This document shows, in pieces, positions 8,605-17,854 of a stretch of 64,000 bases of DNA. This DNA comes from Candidatus Latescibacterota bacterium. GTDB taxonomy: Bacteria > Latescibacterota > UBA2968 > GCA-2709665. A program made the position numbers and the translations under genes. The stretch spans positions 3,067,907 to 3,131,906 of the forward strand of contig OZ244744.1 in the NCBI GenBank assembly GCA_965219455.1. Direction: 5' to 3'. The notes below the pieces were generated by a model. That model was not told where the DNA came from, made no database searches, and saw only the letters and a list, made by a program, of their open reading frames with translations. Position 1 is the first letter of the stretch, and every line of letters starts with the position of its first letter.

Positions 8605-10731
8605 TCAAGTATTCATCACTACCGCTGCATGGCTATCCGGGCCGCAAACCCCCGCGCTGTTGCGCGCCTTGAGCCGCAGTTGGTTCAGGCCTTCGTGCAG
8701 TCTCCACTCCAGCGAGGGGTCTGTTTGTTCGCTCCATTCGGCTCTGTCGATCTGCACCAGAAATGCGTCAAAGCAAGGCGTCTCGGTATCCACGTCCACG
8801 CGCAGGACATCCGGCTCGGCGGTTTCGCTCAAGTAGAGTTCCGTCTGGTTGAGCGGGGGACTGAAATCCTGCCAGCGCCTGGTGTGTTGGGGATATTCGC
8901 GTTTGCGGGGGAACACATCGCTGTAGAAGCAATAGAAGAGATCGCTTCCCCAGTTGCTGGAGAGTCGCCACGGTAGCGGCCAGGGCCGGCTGACAAAGTC
9001 GTTGCGCCGCACCATTTGCAAGTGTCCTTTGAGCATCAGGTGCTCCGGCCCTCCGCTCAGGTCGTCAATCGAAAAAGCATTGTCGCCCTGGCGATAGGCA
9101 ACGCGCGCGGCACGGAGCATTTCGAGGTCCGGCAGGCGCCACTGGATGGGATATTCCCAGGTCGCCGGTCCCGGCATGATTTCGGCCAGGCGTTCGCTGA
9201 TTTCCACCAGACTCAGGGGAATGCCCGTGTCGGGATCGTAAATGTAGTAATCGCGCGTCGCATCCAGGAATATCCACTTGTCGAACTCGTTGGACCATAC
9301 TTCGGCCACTTCGTGCCCGTACGTGTGCTTGGTGGAGATGTTGACCCAGCGGGCCGGAAAGCCCATGGCCAGACAGGCGGCGATTAAGGTCAGGTTACAG
9401 TAGAGGCAGTGGCCATCGCGTCGGCGTTTCCGGTCGTCGCCCGGCAGACCGGGGCGTCCACTTGCATCCCTATCGAGTCGAGGCAGATCAAAGTAATTCC
9501 ATTGGTAGGCATCCAGGCGACCGAGCGGCACTTTGTAGGCCCAGTGCATGAGTTGCAGCTGGGCTTCGAACTCAGTCGCCGCGCCTGAGACCATCGCGTC
9601 CAGTTCAAAGCGGTGGCGCAGTTCGTTCAAGCGGGCGAATTCTTCGTGGACGTAGGGTAGGGATGGACGGATGACGCGACCGTTGCGGAACCGGAGAAGG
9701 TGGTAACGTCTATTGGAGCGGTGCTTGTGCTCGCGGCACTTCGCTTCAACGGAAATACCTTTGAATACCGGCGTCACCAGCGGATTGTGGGCGTACATGA
9801 CAATCTTGAACTGCAAGTAGCGTCCAGCAGGAGCGCACCATGTCCTGGAGAAATTCGCTACGGACTCGAAAGGGGACCACGCGGCCGCTGTAGGCACTGG
9901 ATTGTCGCCCAGACGCGCCTCTATTTCTACCTGGCTTCCCTCGGGCACATCCACCTCCCATCCTACCCGGCACGCTTCGATGTCGAGCAATTTCGCTATT
10001 CTTTTTGTATCCTCTCCTGTAGCCAGGTCGATCACCGGCGAGACAAAGGTGCCCTGCGGTACGCTGCGATCCAGACTTAGGCGGATGGTGTACTCCCCGT
10101 CGATTTCATCTTTCCAGCCCAGGTGCTCAAAATCCCAGGTACGGCCTCCGTCCCGGCTCTTGGCGCTGCGGTCAGGGTGGCAGAGCCGCGTTTCAGAGCC
10201 CCGCTTGTATTCTCCATCGGCTGCCACCATGATTTCCCAACTGGTCTCCTCCGATTCGGCCCACAGGACGAACTCATTGGTACCCTGCCGCAGGGCGCCC
10301 ACCGGCACGGCCACCACGAACCAGTTGTCGAAGTGCGAGCCTCCCCAGTCGGTGGTGTAGTAGTGGCGGGCAGAGGGGTGGGCTATCTTGCTCGGAGGGC
10401 GGATCAAGTGGTGACCATTGATGGAGACGTGGAGTGCATGGTCATTGTCGTCCATTTCCCGTCCGTTGAAGATCAGATAGGCGGCTATGGCGCGAGGATC
10501 ATCCAGGACCAGATCTTTGCGCGCCATCACGCCTTCCTGCAATTTCTCAAACCACGACCGGTCCTCAGCGCCCTGGGGCCGGCCGATGGCTGGCGCATCG
10601 TCTTCGACCAGGAGCATATCATTGAGAACGATAGCCTTTTTCAGCTCGCAGTATCGGAGTTGATCGAACTGACCTCGTACTTCGAGCGCCGTGGCATCGA
10701 GCGCAAAACTGAAACTGCTCTCTATCGACAT
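8605..10731 (-). CDS. Transglutaminase-like (Cys-His-Asp core) domain protein
   Basis: ORF 8605..10752. ATG at 10731 has GAGGAG 10 nt upstream. Core CLYCNLTLIAACLAMGFPARWV ... YGHEVAEVW ... WIFLDATRDYYIYD. Confidence 0.6.
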   Translation of the reverse strand: MSIESSFSFALDATALEVRGQFDQLRYCELKKAIVLNDMLLVEDDAPAIGRPQGAEDRSWFEKLQEGVMARKDLVLDDPRAIAAYLIFNGREMDDNDHALHVSINGHHLIRPPSKIAHPSARHYYTTDWGGSHFDNWFVVAVPVGALRQGTNEFVLWAESEETSWEIMVAADGEYKRGSETRLCHPDRSAKSRDGGRTWDFEHLGWKDEIDGEYTIRLSLDRSVPQGTFVSPVIDLATGEDTKRIAKLLDIEACRVGWEVDVPEGSQVEIEARLGDNPVPTAAAWSPFESVANFSRTWCAPAGRYLQFKIVMYAHNPLVTPVFKGISVEAKCREHKHRSNRRYHLLRFRNGRVIRPSLPYVHEEFARLNELRHRFELDAMVSGAATEFEAQLQLMHWAYKVPLGRLDAYQWNYFDLPRLDRDASGRPGLPGDDRKRRRDGHCLYCNLTLIAACLAMGFPARWVNISTKHTYGHEVAEVWSNEFDKWIFLDATRDYYIYDPDTGIPLSLVEISERLAEIMPGPATWEYPIQWRLPDLEMLRAARVAYRQGDNAFSIDDLSGGPEHLMLKGHLQMVRRNDFVSRPWPLPWRLSSNWGSDLFYCFYSDVFPRKREYPQHTRRWQDFSPPLNQTELYLSETAEPDVLRVDVDTETPCFDAFLVQIDRAEWSEQTDPSLEWRLHEGLNQLRLKARNSAGVCGPDSHAAVVMNT

Positions 10732-10752
10732 ATTTGAATACTCCTCTGGCAA

Positions 10753-10949
10753 GTGTCCTGTCCCAAAGCTACCTCACCATTCGGCCGCCTGCCTGCGCCA
10801 AGCAACGCGCGGCAGGCAGGTCCCGCGGCGTTGGGCCGACCTTACGCAGGTCGCCTGCGTTCAGGCGCTGGGTCCTGAGCCTGTCGAAGGATGCGAGACG
10901 GGCGACTCGACGGCCGAATTTTGGCAACTTATTTCCGGGACAGAACACT
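10753..10949 (+). repeat. MITE-like intergenic element (copy M2) with terminal inverted repeats
   Basis: Left GTGTCCTGTCCCAAAGCTACCTCACCATTCGGCCG. Reverse complement of the right end is GTGTTCTGTCCCGGAAATAAGTTGCCAAAATTCGGCCG (11/12 at the tips, identical ATTCGGCCG block). Interior hairpin CCTGCCTGCG..CGCGGCAGGCAGG and a CCTGAGCCTGTCGAAGG module. Confidence 0.6.
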
Positions 10950-10958
10950 CGATCCTGG

Positions 10959-12014
10959 TCATCTCCACGCCGCGCGCAGCAAGCGGACCCAGTTTCCGTG
11001 CATGATGTCGGCAACGTCGGTCTGCGAGTAACCGCGTTTTTCGAGGATGGCGGGAATCTTCCGCAGGTCGGCGATGGTGTCGAGATCGGAGGGGCACTGC
11101 TCCTTGCCGTAGCCGCCGTCCAGGTCGGTGCCGATGGCGGCGTGGCGGGAACTCCCGGTTAGCTGGCAGACGTGGTCGATGTGGTCTACCGCGGTCTCCA
11201 GCGTGATGCCCGTGTTGTCCATGGCTGCCGGGTCCCACAAGGGGGAGATCATCCAGATGTCCATGGCTGTGCCAATGACGCCGCCGCGCTGCGCCAGCAT
11301 TTTGATCTGTCGATCGTCGAGCTGGCGGTCGTGGTCGCACAGGGTCCGACAGCAGTTGTGCGTGGCCAGCGCGGGACCGGTGAAAATCTCCAGGGCTTCC
11401 CAGAATGCCTGCTCGGCCAGGTGGCTCACATCGAGGATTATCCTGGCCGCCTCCAGGGCTTCGAGCATGGGGCGGCCCCTGGCCGTCAGGCCACCGGGAG
11501 CCTGGGTCCCGTGTGAGTAGGAGCTGACCCCGTAGTGACACAAGCTCACGATCCGCAGGCCTTCATCCCACCACGCGGCTACCTGTTCGGGCGCCACAAT
11601 GCCGTCCGCCCCTTCCATGCTGAGAACAAACCCCAGCGGGGTCGTCTGCGGATCGTTGTCCCACTCGGCCAGATGGGCGTCGAGTTCAGCGCGATCGCGT
11701 ATCTGGCGCAAGACTCCCTTGGCCTCCATCAGGCGGTAGTAGGCTAACTCGCCCTTGCACCTGGCGTAGGCAATGTCCTGGGTGCGCACCCCGGGAAAAC
11801 GCTTGCCCATCGAAGCAAGCCGACAGCCCATGGTGACGAAGAAGAGGCCGATCCCGCCGCGCCGCAGTTCGGCGAAATTCACCACGTTCAGGCCGCGGCC
11901 CTTCTGCGCCATTCCGGCCTCGGCCTCGCGTATTTTGGCGATGGGCTGGAGCAAGTCCCGGTCCCATTCGAGCGCGTTGTAGGCGATATCGAGGTGGGCG
12001 TCGACGATCAGCAT
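10959..12014 (-). CDS. Membrane (renal-type) dipeptidase, peptidase family M19
   Basis: Motifs VDAHLDIAYN, ILDVSHL, THNCCRTLCDHDRQLDD, AIGTDLDGG. Confidence 0.8.
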   Translation of the reverse strand: MLIVDAHLDIAYNALEWDRDLLQPIAKIREAEAGMAQKGRGLNVVNFAELRRGGIGLFFVTMGCRLASMGKRFPGVRTQDIAYARCKGELAYYRLMEAKGVLRQIRDRAELDAHLAEWDNDPQTTPLGFVLSMEGADGIVAPEQVAAWWDEGLRIVSLCHYGVSSYSHGTQAPGGLTARGRPMLEALEAARIILDVSHLAEQAFWEALEIFTGPALATHNCCRTLCDHDRQLDDRQIKMLAQRGGVIGTAMDIWMISPLWDPAAMDNTGITLETAVDHIDHVCQLTGSSRHAAIGTDLDGGYGKEQCPSDLDTIADLRKIPAILEKRGYSQTDVADIMHGNWVRLLRAAWR

Positions 12015-12149
12015 GGAGGTTCTCCCATCAATAATATTCTGGCGAATTTAAAAGCCGGTTTTGTCCGCCGAAGGCAGGGGCCCTAGGGAAATGTGGATGT
12101 TGAATCTCGTATTTTGTTCTTTTTTCGTTCTTGCTTTCTCTTTACTTCT

Positions 12150-12365
12150 TCCCCGCCCTCTAAATTCCCCTATTTCCTTGCCCTTTTTCTTGCTTCGCCC
12201 AAGAAAAAGGGCGAAAAAGAAGGGCGCCGCTCGGCGCGGGGCCGGTTTTTCCACGAATCTGGCCAGCGGCGTTAACGAACGATTGTGCCCTGCGTACGCA
12301 TATAGCTTCACGGAACTGCAGTGGTGGACGGATTAGCGTGGAAAAACCCCCAACACCGCCACCGG
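12150..12365 (+). repeat. Family-B intergenic repeat
   Basis: See 6478..6695. Same hairpin CCCTTTTTCTTGCTTCGCCCAAGAAAAAGGG and the CGCCGCTCGGCGCGGGGCCGG block. Confidence 0.8.
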
Positions 12366-12499
12366 GCGGCCGTGAAGGGTCCTCTTCAAGGATTGCCGAT
12401 AGGTTCCATGCCTTTACCGCTTTTCGCTGACAGCTGAAAACTGATGGCTGACAGCTTACGGCTGATAGCTGACGGCTTTTTTCCCCGGCTGCCGATGTA

Positions 12500-13993
12500 T
12501 CAATTCCTGATTTTTTCGAACAAGGCCTCGACCTCCGCCTCCTTCTCCTCGCTGCGCTTGCTGATATAACCCTCGCCGAAGTAGATGACCAGTGCAACCA
12601 GGATCTCCACCCCCGTGTATAGTTCGAACCTGTCGGTGAACTGAATCATGATGAAATAGGTGATCACACCGCCGATAAACGACAGGATTGCACCCCGCGC
12701 CGTCGGGCGTTTCCATATCATACCGAACATCAATGGGATCGCGATGGGCGACAGGAGGCCGCCGAACAGTTTTACGGTGAGAGCAAACACCTTATTCATT
12801 CCCTGACTCTGGGAGATCACAATTGCCGTCACCACAACCGCGATGCCGAAAATTGCCGTGATGGTCATGCCCGCCCTGAACAACGCCCTGTCATCGATCT
12901 CCGGCCTGAAATTGCGCTGGTAGAAATCCTTGGTGAACACCGCGGCAAGCGCGTTGATATCGCTGTCTATCATGGACATGGTCGCGGCAAACATGGAACA
13001 TACAAGCAGTCCGATCAGCCCTGGCGCCAGCGTCGACAGTATTTTCTGCGTGACAAGGATATATGTCTGATCCAGATCGAAGCCGGCGACCGGCTGGAGC
13101 GTGACCGGATCGAAGTATTCGGGCATCAGCAGCGGCGCGGCCCACGCGGGGACGAAAATGACGATGGGATAGAACAGATAGAGAATCGCCGACAGAAGCG
13201 CCGCCTTCTGGGCATCCCTCGGCTTTTCCACCGACACGAATCGCTGCGCCAGTCCCCAGGTGCCCCCATTGTAGCTGAAAATGATCACAACCAAATAAAC
13301 CAGCCAGAAGCTCACGCTGATTCCACCCGAAGCATTGAAAAAGCCGGCGCGCTCTCGGGGCAGGCTGTCCCACATCGCGTTCCAGCCTCCCACCATATCC
13401 AGCGCGATAAACAGCACGGCCAGACTCATGACGAGTTGTACCACGAACTGTACCAGGTCCGTGAGTACAGTCGCCCACAACCCGCCTATAAACACGTAGG
13501 CGATGGTAATCAGACCCGAAACGACGATAACAGGGACTACCGCCCAACCGGTAACCACATGGACGACAATTGAGATTGCGAACAACTTGATCCCGAGGTC
13601 GATGAACTTGATGAGAATTCCGGAAATCGCGATCAGACCTCTCACGGAATTGCCGTAACGCGCTTCCAGATATTCCACTGGCGTCAGGACTTTCAACCTC
13701 GACCATCGCGGCGCCCAGGCGAGGCATCCGATCACCAGCGCCACGAACACGCCAAGCGAAAACAGGGTCCACATGCTGAACCCCGTGACCGCGGCACGTC
13801 CGGCAAAACCCACGAACGCGACCGCGCTATATCCCGACACATGGTGTGAGATGGCCGCCATCCACCAGGGCAACCCGTGCCCCGCCGCGAAGTACTGTTC
13901 CACGTTGCCGGACTTCCGCTTTGCCAGAATTCCGATCCAGGCCATCAATGCGGCGTAGACCGCGATTACGGCATAATCGGTTAGTGTGAGCAT
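12500..13993 (-). CDS. Sodium:solute symporter (SSS) family transporter
   Basis: ORF to 14017; ATG 13993 gives MLTLTDYAVIAVYAALMAWIG. About 13 hydrophobic segments. SSS-like GGLWATVLTDLVQF block. Confidence 0.8.
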   Translation of the reverse strand: MLTLTDYAVIAVYAALMAWIGILAKRKSGNVEQYFAAGHGLPWWMAAISHHVSGYSAVAFVGFAGRAAVTGFSMWTLFSLGVFVALVIGCLAWAPRWSRLKVLTPVEYLEARYGNSVRGLIAISGILIKFIDLGIKLFAISIVVHVVTGWAVVPVIVVSGLITIAYVFIGGLWATVLTDLVQFVVQLVMSLAVLFIALDMVGGWNAMWDSLPRERAGFFNASGGISVSFWLVYLVVIIFSYNGGTWGLAQRFVSVEKPRDAQKAALLSAILYLFYPIVIFVPAWAAPLLMPEYFDPVTLQPVAGFDLDQTYILVTQKILSTLAPGLIGLLVCSMFAATMSMIDSDINALAAVFTKDFYQRNFRPEIDDRALFRAGMTITAIFGIAVVVTAIVISQSQGMNKVFALTVKLFGGLLSPIAIPLMFGMIWKRPTARGAILSFIGGVITYFIMIQFTDRFELYTGVEILVALVIYFGEGYISKRSEEKEAEVEALFEKIRN

Positions 13994-14062
13994 AGCCCCT
14001 TCCTGTAAAAACAACAACTCAGAATACCGGTTTCATGGTAGGTCCACCCTCGGTGGGTTCAT

Positions 14063-15799
14063 TCACCAACCGATGGCATACGACGTAGAACGTGGATCTG
14101 CACCGCCGACGCGTGTGCCCGTCTCAGGATCAACTGTAATCGCACACACCCGGCTGACCCCTGCGCTCCAATCGTCATCATCTTTAACGAGGTGCCCGCG
14201 ACCTCGCAACGCCTCACGCACCGGTGGGGAGATGCGGGCTTCAACCGTTACCTCGCCGGGCAATGATCCGTGGGGCCAGAACGAATTCGGAAAACTGTGA
14301 CTGATGACACGGGGGGCCTCGATCGCTTCCTGCGGTTCCATTCCGAATTCAATGATATTGAGGAACACCTGCAGCATCCCCTGGACCTGTGCATCACCAC
14401 CGGGACAACCAAAGGGCATAAACGGCTTTCCATCTTTAAGTACCAGTGCAGGGTTCGGGGTGAGGCGTGGACGCTTCCACGGCTGCAAACAGGAGGGATG
14501 CGCCGGATCGAGCCACGTCTGCGTACCCCGTCCCGAGACGGGAAAACCCAGGCCCGGAACGACCGGGGACCAACCAACGACGTCCGAAGGGGTTGCCGAA
14601 AACGCGTTGCCCTGTTCGTCCACCGCGCAAAGGTAACTGGTATCGCTCTCCCAATGTGATATACGCTCCGGTTGCGGGCGATCCGGATCCAGGGTCGGGA
14701 AGGGACCGTTTTTCCCACGCGGTTCCGGATGGAATGGCCACGGATCACCGGCGGGCGGCATGTCACGAGCAGCTCGTTGGGGGTCAATGGCGCCCCGTCT
14801 TTCAGCGGCATAGCGCTCATCGAGCAGACCCGCCATCGGCACCTGCACAAAATCGGGGTCGCCGAAGTACGCCTCCCGATCGGCAAACGCCAATTTGAGT
14901 CCCTCGATAATTGTGTGGAGATAGTCCGCGGATTCGTGCCCCATCCTCTGCAAGTCAACCCCTTCGAGAATCTTCAGCGCCATGTTCAACGTTGGCCCCT
15001 GACACCAGGGTCCGCAGGTATATACATCATAGCCTTTGTAGGTGATGTGCGTCGGTGGTTCGACCCGAACCGAAAATGCAGCGAGATCTTCGTAGGTCAG
15101 CAGCCCCCCCTCCTGCGCATGGAAATCGGCAATTTCCCTGGCAATTTCACCCCTGTAAATCAGATCGCGCGCGGCTCTGATTCCCGTTTCCCGATCCCCC
15201 CCTGCCCCTCGTTCGGCGTCGATCATCCGCTGGAAGGTGTTCGCCAGATCCTTCTGGAAAAAAATTTCCCCGACTTGTGGAATATGTCCACCGGGATTAA
15301 AAACAGCAGCCGTCGATGGCCGATCTCCCAGCTCCCCGCTGACAAAGGCGTGGAACTGATCATCGACCGGATGACCGTTTTCGACGAGGTCCAGCGCGGG
15401 CTGGATGACCTGTTCAAAGGTCATGGTGCCAAACCGCGCCAACGCCGTCAACCACGCATCGGGCGATGCCGGTGTAAGGGTTCGCAAGATTCCGGGGGGC
15501 AGGTCGCTCCCGTGATATTTTCGGAAGTAGTCGATGCTTGCCGCCTGGGGCCAGCGTCCGAGTCCGCTGATGGTTTCAACGGGTGCGCCCGAACCCGGGC
15601 AATAGATAATTGGTGCAACACCGCCAAAATGGGTGGATCCCGGTTGAAGCACGTTGATACAGATACCGACGGCGACACCGGCGTCGGCAGCGTTGCCGCC
15701 GTTTTCGAGGATACGGACCCCGCCCATGGTTGCGAGATAGTGCAACGACGAGACAACGTACCGTTTCCCGCGGACCGACGGGCGATGACTTTCTGGCAT
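14063..15799 (-). CDS. ggt: Gamma-glutamyltranspeptidase
   Basis: ATG 15799 (MPESHRPSVRGKRYVVSSLHYLATMGGVRILENGGNAADA). Autoprocessing nucleophile region ESDTSYLCAVDEQGNAFSATPS. C-terminal FGCPGGDAQVQGMLQVFLNIIEFGMEPQEAIEAPR. The 868-aa track ORF is an upstream run-on. Confidence 0.9.
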   Translation of the reverse strand: MPESHRPSVRGKRYVVSSLHYLATMGGVRILENGGNAADAGVAVGICINVLQPGSTHFGGVAPIIYCPGSGAPVETISGLGRWPQAASIDYFRKYHGSDLPPGILRTLTPASPDAWLTALARFGTMTFEQVIQPALDLVENGHPVDDQFHAFVSGELGDRPSTAAVFNPGGHIPQVGEIFFQKDLANTFQRMIDAERGAGGDRETGIRAARDLIYRGEIAREIADFHAQEGGLLTYEDLAAFSVRVEPPTHITYKGYDVYTCGPWCQGPTLNMALKILEGVDLQRMGHESADYLHTIIEGLKLAFADREAYFGDPDFVQVPMAGLLDERYAAERRGAIDPQRAARDMPPAGDPWPFHPEPRGKNGPFPTLDPDRPQPERISHWESDTSYLCAVDEQGNAFSATPSDVVGWSPVVPGLGFPVSGRGTQTWLDPAHPSCLQPWKRPRLTPNPALVLKDGKPFMPFGCPGGDAQVQGMLQVFLNIIEFGMEPQEAIEAPRVISHSFPNSFWPHGSLPGEVTVEARISPPVREALRGRGHLVKDDDDWSAGVSRVCAITVDPETGTRVGGADPRSTSYAIGW

Positions 15800-15942
15800 A
15801 CCAGTTTTTCCTTTCGAAGGGCATTGACTTTCAAGAATTGCGATCGAACTCGACCGGGTACCTGCCCACGATACCATCGGTAATCCCACGGGCGAACGAA
15901 GTCTGGACGGAGCTGCCCGCCACGCCGGCGTTCCCGATCTGC

Positions 15943-16701
15943 TCAGAACACACCCGGGATGAGGGCATGGCGGTTGGGCGGGTAGTCCGGGAAGCGTTCC
16001 AGGTACCAGCGGTGATTGCTGCGTGCCCGGGGGGCCAGATTGGCGACCGTATAGACGCAAAACGCGAGCCCGGCGAGCGACCACGTGGCGAACGCCCAGC
16101 CCGTCCATTCCAGAATCTCGCCGAGGTAGTTCGGGCAGGAGACGTATCGGAAGGCTCCGCGTTCCGGGACGACATAACCTGTCTTCCCGTGTTTTCGCAG
16201 GCTGAGCAGGATATTGTCGCTGTGTAAGTTCAGAACGATGCCGCCGATAAAAACCGCCACGCCTATAAGGAAACACGGGTTGATTAACCACGAAACACCG
16301 TACTCGACGAAGTGGGAGACAAACCGGGCGTTGACGTAAGCGTTCAGCACATTGATGAAGAACCCCGATCCAACGACAACAAGCGGCATTCTTCGCCCGG
16401 TCCGGGTCCGGAACGGGTAGATGAGCGTCCGGTTCAGGTAATGGCTCTGCCACATCGCCAGGAAAACCAGCGACAGGAGGCTGCACCTCGAGCTCCCTTG
16501 CAGATAGACGAACAGGAAGAAGAAGACCGCCGGACATTCCATGCCGATCCAGCCCGCCGTGCTGGAGACGGTCGGCCCCCAACCGTATCCCGGATAGTGG
16601 CGGCCGTAAGGCGCTGGCGTCCTGAGCAAATACAGGAAGGTCCCGCCGGCCAAGCCGAATATGATCCACACCAGCAGGCGGTAGATGTCCGGCTCCGTCA
16701 T
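15943..16701 (-). CDS. 3-oxo-5-alpha-steroid 4-dehydrogenase (steroid 5-alpha-reductase) family membrane protein
   Basis: APYGRH, HYLNRTLIYPF, FRYVSCPNYLGEILEWTGWA, RARSNHRWYLERFPDYPPNRHALIPGVF at the C-terminus. Confidence 0.85.
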   Translation of the reverse strand: MTEPDIYRLLVWIIFGLAGGTFLYLLRTPAPYGRHYPGYGWGPTVSSTAGWIGMECPAVFFFLFVYLQGSSRCSLLSLVFLAMWQSHYLNRTLIYPFRTRTGRRMPLVVVGSGFFINVLNAYVNARFVSHFVEYGVSWLINPCFLIGVAVFIGGIVLNLHSDNILLSLRKHGKTGYVVPERGAFRYVSCPNYLGEILEWTGWAFATWSLAGLAFCVYTVANLAPRARSNHRWYLERFPDYPPNRHALIPGVF

Positions 16702-16748
16702 ATCAGCCGTCCTGCATCAGGATGAGATTGGTACGGAACTTGTATTTG

Positions 16749-17750
16749 TCAATGCGCGTCCTCCACGGTATTCGGGAGTGTTCGGACCCACCTTTCAGAC
16801 TGGTCCCACAGGCGTTCAGCGGCGACTTCGTCCTGGCTGTCCACGGTGGGTTCCACGATGCCACACCGCTCGTAATATTTCCCGCCCTGCAATGCCCTCG
16901 TGCTCGCACACATCACGGTGGTTTGCGCGCCGGCATTCGGGGTCAGCAGGACCAGTGAGGTCAGCGCGGAACTGATTCGATGCGCAGCCTTGCCCATCCG
17001 GCCCCGAAACGCCTGCGGCAGGGTCAGGTTGGTCATTACGACTCCCGGATGTACAGCCACCGCGTGCAGGTTGCATGATTCACCAAAACGTCTTTCGATT
17101 TCACAGGCCATGTGAATCATCGCCAGTTTTGACAGGCCGTACGCGTCCCAGGAGTGGTAGAGCGCCATATCGGTGAAAAGGTTTTCGTTCCCGACCCGGT
17201 CGTGGAGGCCGGAGGACAGGTTGACCACCCGTGCATCGCCGCTTTCGAGTCCACTTCGTTGCAGGAGTGGAAGCAGCGCCCAGGTCAGGTGAAAGGCGCC
17301 GAGATAATTGGTCCGCCAGTGTATTTCGCGGCCATCTTCGGCTAACGGGGGCTCCTTACGCGGCGTGAAGGTCTTCCTGTGAATGCCCGCGTTGTTTACC
17401 AGCACATGGAGTTTATCCTGGTGCTTTTCGCGATACCTTGTGGCGAAGCCATTGACGCTGTCCGGATCGCAGAGATCCAACCTGTGCGCCGTGATGTTGT
17501 TCTCGCTGGCGCCGATCTTTCGAAGTTCATCTTTCAGCGACGATTCCATTAGAGGCACATTGCGCACGCAGGTCGCCACGACCGTCGCACCCCAGCTTGC
17601 CAGGATCCTCGCGGTTTCGAACCCGAGGGAATTCGGCGACGCCCCGGTTACGATCACGTGGCGGTCCGTCATATCGACCGGCGTCGCCGACGGTTGACGG
17701 GTGCACAGCTGAATCAGATGCCTGGTGAATTTGGACAGGATTCGTGGCAT
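16749..17750 (-). CDS. Short-chain dehydrogenase/reductase (SDR) family oxidoreductase
   Basis: VIVTGASPNSLG (TGxxxxxG), NNAG, catalytic YGLSK (YxxxK). A later start at 17672 (MTDRHVIVTGAS) is possible. Confidence 0.85.
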   Translation of the reverse strand: MPRILSKFTRHLIQLCTRQPSATPVDMTDRHVIVTGASPNSLGFETARILASWGATVVATCVRNVPLMESSLKDELRKIGASENNITAHRLDLCDPDSVNGFATRYREKHQDKLHVLVNNAGIHRKTFTPRKEPPLAEDGREIHWRTNYLGAFHLTWALLPLLQRSGLESGDARVVNLSSGLHDRVGNENLFTDMALYHSWDAYGLSKLAMIHMACEIERRFGESCNLHAVAVHPGVVMTNLTLPQAFRGRMGKAAHRISSALTSLVLLTPNAGAQTTVMCASTRALQGGKYYERCGIVEPTVDSQDEVAAERLWDQSERWVRTLPNTVEDAH

Positions 17751-17854
17751 GTTTCTGTGTATGCTGACGTAGCTCCCGCGATTTCGTCCCAGGGCTTCAC
17801 TGGCTTCCTGCAGTCTGATTTCGTTTTCGAGGTCAACCGCGGCAGGCCCGACGC

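Noticed and set aside
14063-16669. 868-aa ORF that appears to extend the GGT gene about 290 codons upstream.
   Set aside because: The N-terminal 290 aa are low-complexity, Arg/Pro-rich sequence with no GGT similarity. They overlap, in another frame, the well-supported steroid-5-alpha-reductase-like gene (15943..16701). GGT similarity begins at the ATG at 15799.
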